Source: a virus
Lineage: Duplodnaviria > Caudoviricetes
DNA length: 64,000 nt
Virus record (IMG/VR): IMGVR_UViG_3300031992_000011
Strand: one strand, 5' to 3'
Shown piece after piece: positions 9,725 through 14,813 of this stretch (position 1 is its first letter; every line of letters starts with the position of its first letter). The translations under genes and the position numbers were made by a program. The notes under the pieces were generated by a model. That model had not been told where the DNA came from, did not search any database, and was given only the letters and a program-made list of their open reading frames with translations.

Positions 9725-9779
9725 TTAACATTCTTTAACATATAAAATTTGCAGAAGTCAACTTTTTGTTGTACCTTTG
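9725..9779 (+). promoter_or_regulatory. Bacteroidota-type promoter for tRNA array with TTAA-N6-TTAA box
   Basis: TTTG 9748-9751, TACCTTTG 9772-9779, TTAA at 9725 and 9735. Confidence 0.8.
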
Positions 9780-9830
9780 CAGCGCAAAAGCACTAAACAT
9801 AGTTCCTTGACATGTTGAAGCAGACCAAAA

Positions 9831-9901
9831 GCGTCCATAGCACAGAGGCAGTGCACCGGCTTCCCAAGCCGGGGACGCCAGTTCGATTCTGGTTGGACGC
9901 T
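9831..9901 (+). tRNA. tRNA-Gly(CCC)
   Basis: Cloverleaf GCGTCCA/TGGACGC, anticodon loop TTCCCAA. Confidence 0.95.
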
Positions 9902-9908
9902 CAAGTAC

Positions 9909-10119
9909 TGCGAGTATAGACCACTTAGTAGTGACCGGTGTAAGCGCTTGGGTAGCTCGAGGCAATGTCCGAGCGTGCAGTCGTGGGGCAACGTGCACCC
10001 TCAGACCGGTGAAACGTGTTGGTGCTTGTGAAGGCCCATACGAGGTGGCGCAACAGATACGGTTCCCGCGTGGGGAATATCCAAGCCCGTGACAGCCGCC
10101 GCTCGTCAATTTACTCGCA
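9909..10119 (+). ncRNA. unidentified multibranched ncRNA (~210 nt) between tRNAs
   Basis: Closing stem TGCGAGTA/TACTCGCA, GCTTGGGTA/TATCCAAGC, several internal hairpins. Confidence 0.6.
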
Positions 10120-10122
10120 TAT

Positions 10123-10197
10123 AGGGAAGTGGCTCAGTCCGGTTAGAGCGCTTGCTTTGGGAGCAAGAGGCCGCAGGTTCGAATCCTGTTTTCCCTA
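10123..10197 (+). tRNA. tRNA-Pro(TGG)
   Basis: Cloverleaf, loop TTTGGGA. Confidence 0.95.
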
Positions 10198-10211
10198 CAA
10201 AAAAAAATAAC

Positions 10212-10285
10212 ACTCCAGTGGCGCAATTGGTCAGCGTGTCTGTCTTATACACAGTAGGTTGTAGGTTCAAGTCCTACCTGGAGTA
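10212..10285 (+). tRNA. tRNA-Ile(TAT)
   Basis: Cloverleaf ACTCCAG/CTGGAGT, loop CTTATAC. Confidence 0.9.
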
Positions 10286-10309
10286 CATTTTTGAAAAACA
10301 ATCAGCATT

Positions 10310-10528
10310 ATGCCGAAACTTAATCTAAATGAAGTACTGAATGATGACGATGTCATCAAGGCGTTGAACCCTAAAGAATGGGAGTTCAGGTGTGGCAGTT
10401 GTGACAACTTCTGTGACATCTTCGGGAGATATTCCGAGTTCAAAACCATTGAAAGATGCCCGTTCGAGGGGAAGGTGACGTGGGACACTGATTGGAGAAA
10501 GATTGGCTGTAAGTGCTATTGGAACTAA
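10310..10528 (+). CDS. small Cys-rich protein within tRNA array
   Basis: CGSCDNFC...CPF...GCKC. Confidence 0.65.
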   Translation: MPKLNLNEVLNDDDVIKALNPKEWEFRCGSCDNFCDIFGRYSEFKTIERCPFEGKVTWDTDWRKIGCKCYWN

Positions 10529-10531
10529 AAT

Positions 10532-10605
10532 GGTCCTGTAACTCAGTTGGTCAGAGTGCCTGACTCATAATCAGGGAGTCGTAGGTTCAAGCCCTACCGG
10601 GACCA
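10532..10605 (+). tRNA. tRNA(CAT), probably Ile2 (lysidine type) or elongator Met
   Basis: Cloverleaf GGTCCTG/CGGGACC, loop CTCATAA. Confidence 0.9.
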
Positions 10606-10614
10606 CAATGCAAT

Positions 10615-10688
10615 TGCGGGGTGGAGCAGATGGTCAGCTCGTTTGGCTCATAACCAAAAGGTCGCAGGTCCGAGTCCTGCCCCCGCAA
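10615..10688 (+). tRNA. tRNA-Met(CAT), initiator-like body
   Basis: TGCGGGGTGGAGCAG 5' end typical of fMet; anticodon stem TTTGG/CCAAA; T-loop TCCGAGT. Confidence 0.85.
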
Positions 10689-10752
10689 CAACACAGTCTG
10701 CCGATAAGAGATGAACACCTATTTATGTCTATAGCAGATATAGCATTGAAAT

Positions 10753-11481
10753 ATGAATAGGATAAGGCAAATCATCAACGAGGCAGTCCGAGAGACCTTG
10801 TTGTTTGAAGCGATCAAGTCAAGTTGGTTGAAAAGGTTCTTCGCCGAGCATGGAGGTGTGGACAGCACTATGCACAACGACTACTTGGGCGACGCACAGG
10901 ATGAGGATATCGAGGACGTGAAGGTTTTTCCTTCAAAGAAGGAAGCGTTTGAAATGGCGTGGAAACTGAGACGTGAGCACATAACCGGTTTTCGTAAAGT
11001 ATATGTCGCCAAGGACGGCACGGCAGTTCTTGTCGTGTACAAGGATTCTGTAAAATCAAACCCGACATGGGGCGGAGAAGCGTCCGCAAAGACAGCCGAC
11101 AGGTATTGGAGAAACGGTGAAAGGTTCACTTCGTACAATCCTGAAACCGGTCAGAGAGTACCCGGATACCGTGACGACAGGGGCACCTACACATACAGTG
11201 ACGGAAAGTCAAGCGAAGGTGCCGCCAGATTCGGCATAAGGAATTCGGACGATTACCGTAGACATGTGGCGTTCGTCAGAGATCAGAGGGCGAAGGCAAA
11301 ACAGAACGGAAAAGAGGATGATTTCAACCGTTGGCGTGATGCAGAAGCCAAGAGAGTCAAAGACTACGCTGAAGAAAAGAAGAAGGAACGTGATTGGCAG
11401 AGGGAATATTTCGGGCTCAGTGACCGTGAGCGAGAACGCAGACTGTCAAGACCTGCCCCATTGGACAAGCGTTTCAAATAA
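10753..11481 (+). CDS. leader-family protein (IRQIINEAVRETLLFE)
   Basis: Leader motif; TATTTAT at 10720-10726. Confidence 0.8.
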   Translation: MNRIRQIINEAVRETLLFEAIKSSWLKRFFAEHGGVDSTMHNDYLGDAQDEDIEDVKVFPSKKEAFEMAWKLRREHITGFRKVYVAKDGTAVLVVYKDSVKSNPTWGGEASAKTADRYWRNGERFTSYNPETGQRVPGYRDDRGTYTYSDGKSSEGAARFGIRNSDDYRRHVAFVRDQRAKAKQNGKEDDFNRWRDAEAKRVKDYAEEKKKERDWQREYFGLSDRERERRLSRPAPLDKRFK

Positions 11482-11530
11482 CACGAATGCGTTAAACGGC
11501 CGCGCCGACATGTCAGTGCGGTCATTTTAT

Positions 11531-11602
11531 GCCCCCTTAGCACAGCGGTAGTGCAGTTCACTTGTAATGAACAGGTCGTTGGTTCGAATCCGACAGGGGG
11601 CT
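11531..11602 (+). tRNA. tRNA-Thr(TGT)
   Basis: Cloverleaf, loop CTTGTAA. Confidence 0.95.
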
Positions 11603-11694
11603 CAACATAGCAAGGTAACAACAAGGCGCGACTCCCCCAACCGCGCCGGTAACCCGCACGTAACAGCCGATAGGGGCGGCGACCTTGCCGATAC

Positions 11695-11766
11695 GCGGAT
11701 GTAGCACAACGGTTCGTGCACCAGCCTTCCAAGCTGGGGATGACGGTTCGATTCCGTTCATCCGCT
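11695..11766 (+). tRNA. tRNA-Gly(TCC)
   Basis: Cloverleaf, loop CTTCCAA. Confidence 0.95.
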
Positions 11767-11895
11767 CAAAAAATGGGCTGAAATTTGTGGGCATAAAGTT
11801 AAAACCTCAAGACGTTGAAAGCAGCAGTATAGGGACTGCTATTGGCGGTCAGATTAACCGTAGCCACATCTTGCAAGAGTTTCGGCCTTTAATAT

Positions 11896-11973
11896 AGCGG
11901 AGTGGAGCAGAAGCAGCTCGTCAGGTTCATACCCTGAAGGTCGTCTCAAACGGTGCAAGTCCTACCTCCGCCA
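11896..11973 (+). tRNA. atypical initiator-like tRNA-Met(CAT) with T-arm insertion
   Basis: A1:C72 mismatch, loop TTCATAC, T arm GT-CTCAAAC-GG TGCAAGT CCTAC. Confidence 0.6.
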
Positions 11974-11981
11974 CTAAAATA

Positions 11982-12105
11982 TGGGATTCTACACAGAGTA
12001 TTCTTTTAAGTAGATGCATATGCTTACTAGGATATTGGGTGGTATTAGATTTTGAAACTGCAGATAATCAAAATCTATTAGGAGGTTCGAGCCATCTGTT
12101 TCCCA
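11982..12105 (+). ncRNA. enlarged or degenerate tRNA-Gln(TTG)-like element
   Basis: TGGGA/TCCCA ends, GGTTCGAGCC T-loop, 10-bp TAGATTTTGA/TCAAAATCTA hairpin at the anticodon position. Confidence 0.45.
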
Positions 12106-12119
12106 CAAAATTCAAAAAT

Positions 12120-12193
12120 GGTGCGTTAGTTCAGTTGGTTAGAATGCCTGCCTGTCACGCAGGAGGTCACGGGTCCGAGTCCCGTACGCACCG
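12120..12193 (+). tRNA. tRNA-Asp(GTC)
   Basis: Cloverleaf, loop CTGTCAC. Confidence 0.95.
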
Positions 12194-12247
12194 CTTCTTG
12201 ATTGTTTGAATGAGTGGTTTGGGTCGTGTGAGCGCCCAGACCTTTTT

Positions 12248-12321
12248 GCTCCCTTAGCTCAGTTGGATAGAGCGTGAGGTTCCTAACCCCAAGGTCATGT
12301 GTTCGAGCCACATAGGGAGTA
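12248..12321 (+). tRNA. tRNA-Arg(CCT)
   Basis: Cloverleaf, loop TTCCTAA. Confidence 0.9.
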
Positions 12322-12325
12322 CTAT

Positions 12326-12411
12326 GGATGGGTGGCAGAGTTGGTCGATTGCACCGGTCTTGAAAACCGGCGGCCCGCAAGGGTCCGGGGGTTCGAATCC
12401 CTCCTCATCCG
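12326..12411 (+). tRNA. tRNA-Ser(TGA)
   Basis: Long variable arm, loop CTTGAAA. Confidence 0.95.
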
Positions 12412-12418
12412 CATAACA

Positions 12419-12502
12419 GCGACAGTGGCGGAACTGGTAGACGCGCCACCTTGAGGGGGTGGTGGGCACACGCCCGTGAAGGTTCGAGTCCTTTCTGTCG
12501 CA
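12419..12502 (+). tRNA. tRNA-Leu(GAG)
   Basis: Long variable arm, loop TTGAGGG. Confidence 0.95.
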
Positions 12503-12546
12503 CAGGCCGGCCGCGAGACGCGCAACGGTCCGTGGCATGGGCATTT

Positions 12547-12620
12547 GCTGCCATCGTCTAATTGGTTAGGACGTCGCCCTTTCACGGCGGAGATTACGGG
12601 TTCGAGTCCCGTTGGCAGTA
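12547..12620 (+). tRNA. tRNA-Glu(TTC)
   Basis: Cloverleaf, loop CTTTCAC. Confidence 0.95.
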
Positions 12621-12624
12621 CAAC

Positions 12625-12696
12625 GACTCCGTAACTCAGTGGTAGAGTATCGCACTTTTAATGCGAGAGTCGTGGGTTCAAGTCCCACCGGGGTCA
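12625..12696 (+). tRNA. tRNA-Lys(TTT)
   Basis: Cloverleaf, loop CTTTTAA. Confidence 0.95.
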
Positions 12697-12710
12697 CGAA
12701 CGCGACAAGA

Positions 12711-12783
12711 GGGCCGCTAGCTCAGATGGTAGAGCGCTACATTCGCATTGTAGAGGTCACCGGTTCGAATCCGGTGCGGTCCA
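12711..12783 (+). tRNA. tRNA-Ala(CGC)
   Basis: Cloverleaf with G3:U70, loop TTCGCAT. Confidence 0.95.
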
Positions 12784-12930
12784 CAGACAGAGCGTGTCGC
12801 GAACACGCACGCCATCGCACGAGAGGATTGGGGATGGTAACCCCGGATTGTGGAGGTCGTCTAACCAACGATAGAAGTGGCCGTCCGGTACATAATCAAC
12901 GGACAAACATCGTGACGCTTGGCATGTCAT

Positions 12931-13002
12931 GGGGTGATAGCTCAACGGTAGAGCAATTGGCTGTTAACCAATAGGCTGCAGGTTCGAATCCTGCTCACCC
13001 CG
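12931..13002 (+). tRNA. tRNA-Asn(GTT)
   Basis: Cloverleaf, loop CTGTTAA. Confidence 0.95.
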
Positions 13003-13076
13003 CAACTCAGAAGAACGGGCGAATCGCCCTGACAATGGGGATTGAACGGCACCGCCAAAAGTGGTGCCTTTTGCCG

Positions 13077-13160
13077 GGGAGCGTAACCGGTAATTGGTAG
13101 CCGCACGGACTGTAAATCCGTTCCTTAATTGGACTGGTCGTTCGAGTCGACCCGCTCCCA
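13077..13160 (+). tRNA. tRNA-Tyr(GTA)
   Basis: Variable arm, loop CTGTAAA. Confidence 0.9.
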
Positions 13161-13171
13161 CAATGACTGTT

Positions 13172-13245
13172 CTTCCTGTAGCTCAACTGAATAGAGCAAT
13201 GCACTTCTAATGCATAGGTTCTGGGTTTGAGTCCCAGCGGGAAGA
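13172..13245 (+). tRNA. tRNA-Arg(TCT)
   Basis: Cloverleaf, loop CTTCTAA. Confidence 0.9.
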
Positions 13246-13254
13246 CTAATAACA

Positions 13255-13327
13255 AGGCGGTTAGCTCAGTTGGTAGAGTGGCGGTCTCCAAAACCGCAGG
13301 TCGCACGTTCGAGCCGTGCACCGCCTG
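13255..13327 (+). tRNA. tRNA-Trp(CCA)
   Basis: Cloverleaf, loop CTCCAAA. Confidence 0.95.
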
Positions 13328-13335
13328 CAAAAAAA

Positions 13336-13425
13336 GGAAGCATACCCAAGTTGGTGAAGGGGGCGGCTTGCTAAGCCGCTAGGCCTCGGCGACGGGGCGC
13401 GGAGGTTCGAGTCCTCCTGCTTCCG
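13336..13425 (+). tRNA. tRNA-Ser(GCT)
   Basis: Long variable arm, loop TTGCTAA. Confidence 0.95.
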
Positions 13426-13432
13426 CACAAAC

Positions 13433-13505
13433 AGGGTAGTAGCGCAGTTGGTAGCGCGCTACGTTCGGGACGTAGAGGTCGCAGGTTCGAATCCTGTCTA
13501 CCCTA
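13433..13505 (+). tRNA. tRNA-Pro(CGG)
   Basis: Cloverleaf, loop TTCGGGA. Confidence 0.95.
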
Positions 13506-13513
13506 CTTGAATG

Positions 13514-13568
13514 TTAACAATTATTAACATGAAAAATTTGCAAGGTATATTTTTTTGTCGTACCTTTG
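13514..13568 (+). promoter_or_regulatory. Bacteroidota-type promoter for scaffold-RNA array
   Basis: TTAA 13514/13524, TTTG 13537, TACCTTTG 13561-13568. Confidence 0.8.
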
Positions 13569-13574
13569 CACTTG

Positions 13575-13662
13575 AAAACAATGGTGAGTGACAGGGTTAC
13601 TTCGCATACAAACTGTTACAAGATTAAAAAGCAACGAACCCTTCGCATATCTTCCTTGTTTT
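13575..13662 (+). ncRNA. scaffold RNA 1 (GGUUACUUCG family, minimal cargo)
   Basis: Closing stem AAAACAA.GG/CCTTGTTTT, AGGGTT/AACCCT, motif at 13595-13604. Confidence 0.65.
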
Positions 13663-13682
13663 TGTTCTTTGACATTCTTAAA

Positions 13683-13817
13683 ATGTGTGCAGTGACTGTG
13701 GCGGTTACTTCGTTGATTAGCTCATTTGGTAGAGCATAAGTTTATGGTACTTAGGGTAGATGGTTCGATTCCATCATCACAAAAGATTGTTTGCCGCCGC
13801 AAAATTTTCTCACACAT
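13683..13817 (+). ncRNA. scaffold RNA 2 with embedded tRNA-like body (anticodon ATG)
   Basis: ATGTGTG/CACACAT, TGTGGCGGT/GCCGCCGCA; D, anticodon and T arms at 13714-13779. Confidence 0.75.
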
Positions 13818-13825
13818 AACTCATA

Positions 13826-13958
13826 TTCCGCATAGTGACGGGCGGTGTTACTTCGAATTATTTAGCGCAGTGGTTAGCGCATCACACTTTTAATGCGAGA
13901 GTCGCCGGTTCGATTCCGGCAATGATTCTTTAAAAGCACCCCCATTTTTCTTGCGGAA
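13826..13958 (+). ncRNA. scaffold RNA 3 with embedded tRNA-Lys(TTT)-like body
   Basis: TTCCGCA/TGCGGAA closing stem; cloverleaf at 13856-13928. Confidence 0.75.
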
Positions 13959-13965
13959 AAGCACA

Positions 13966-14090
13966 ACCGGTTGTGACGTATCTCGGTTACTTCGATACGT
14001 TGGTTCGAGTCCAACTTTGTCCGCCATACAATTGGACGAATAGTCAAGTGGTTAAGACAGAATTCTTTACCGAGGCGAGTTTCCACCGGT
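13966..14090 (+). ncRNA. scaffold RNA 4, circularly permuted tRNA mimic (YrlA/Y-RNA-like architecture)
   Basis: ACCGGT/ACCGGT, CTCGGT/ACCGAG; order is T arm, closed acceptor stem, D arm. Confidence 0.75.
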
Positions 14091-14141
14091 ACAAAAAACG
14101 GTCTGCTTCAATGTAGATGGATTTTGTAGATGGTTTAACGT

Positions 14142-14174
14142 GCGGTGCGCTGTATATCAGTGTGCCGCTTTTTT
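14142..14174 (+). terminator. intrinsic terminator ending the scaffold-RNA transcript
   Basis: GCGGTGCGCTG/CAGTGTGCCGC + T6. Confidence 0.8.
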
Positions 14175-14207
14175 GTTTGAGTATAAAAAGACAACACAAA
14201 AAAAATA

Positions 14208-14516
14208 ATGAACGACATTGACAAATGGATGTGGAAGCCATGCACATTCACAGTATTCAACAACGCCGTGGACAACGGATGGGCAATAGACATGCGGAAC
14301 AGCACAGGACAAGACGTGGACATATCGGATTGCGAATTCCATAAAGTTGATATGGGTGACAGCGTGCGAGACGGAATAAAGAGCGGGAACAAGACATTGG
14401 TGAACGCAGAACAAGAGAAGATAGACACATTCAACAAGGAGAACTATCCGGGTATGGCCATGTTCCTGATACAGGACATAGGTTTGCTCTATGTCATAAG
14501 GCAACGAAATGATTAA
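14208..14516 (+). CDS. hypothetical protein
   Basis: 102-aa ORF with A-rich leader. Confidence 0.7.
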   Translation: MNDIDKWMWKPCTFTVFNNAVDNGWAIDMRNSTGQDVDISDCEFHKVDMGDSVRDGIKSGNKTLVNAEQEKIDTFNKENYPGMAMFLIQDIGLLYVIRQRND

Positions 14517-14625
14517 CAGGCCACTACACGTTTCGGCGCACTTACCGCGTGAGGGCGTTCGCTGCTTTTGACATTTGACATTCTGCGTGTCGCTTTAATT
14601 GGATAAGTGAACATGATACAGAAAG

Positions 14626-14665
14626 AAAATCCACCGGTGGTTTGGACTATCGGTGGATTTTTTTT
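14626..14665 (+). terminator. intrinsic terminator
   Basis: AAAATCCACCGGTGGT/ACTATCGGTGGATTTT + T tail. Confidence 0.75.
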
Positions 14666-14739
14666 GCGAACAAGTTTTAACTACCTTTGGTTTGGTGGTG
14701 ACACTTCCGAGAGGTACCGGAGTCAAAAACATTCAAGTT

Positions 14740-14794
14740 TTAAAGAAAATTAACTTGTTATATTTGACATCCTAAGTCATTTTTTGTACCTTTG
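14740..14794 (+). promoter_or_regulatory. Bacteroidota-type promoter with TTAA-N6-TTAA box
   Basis: TTAA 14740/14750, TTTG 14763, TACCTTTG 14787. Confidence 0.8.
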
Positions 14795-14813
14795 TGCCAA
14801 AATATAATCACTC

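Noticed and set aside
9958-9974. GAGGCAATGTCCGAGC resembling RNase P GAGGAAAGUCC
   Set aside because: The other conserved RNase P regions were not found and the element is short
13595-13994. GTTACTTCG repeats as a CRISPR array
   Set aside because: The repeat is only 9-10 nt, spacing is 108-143 nt, and the intervening sequence is structured or tRNA-like
9735-14086. Short ORFs across the tRNA region
   Set aside because: They overlap clear tRNA or ncRNA structures; only 10310..10528 and 10753..11481 were kept
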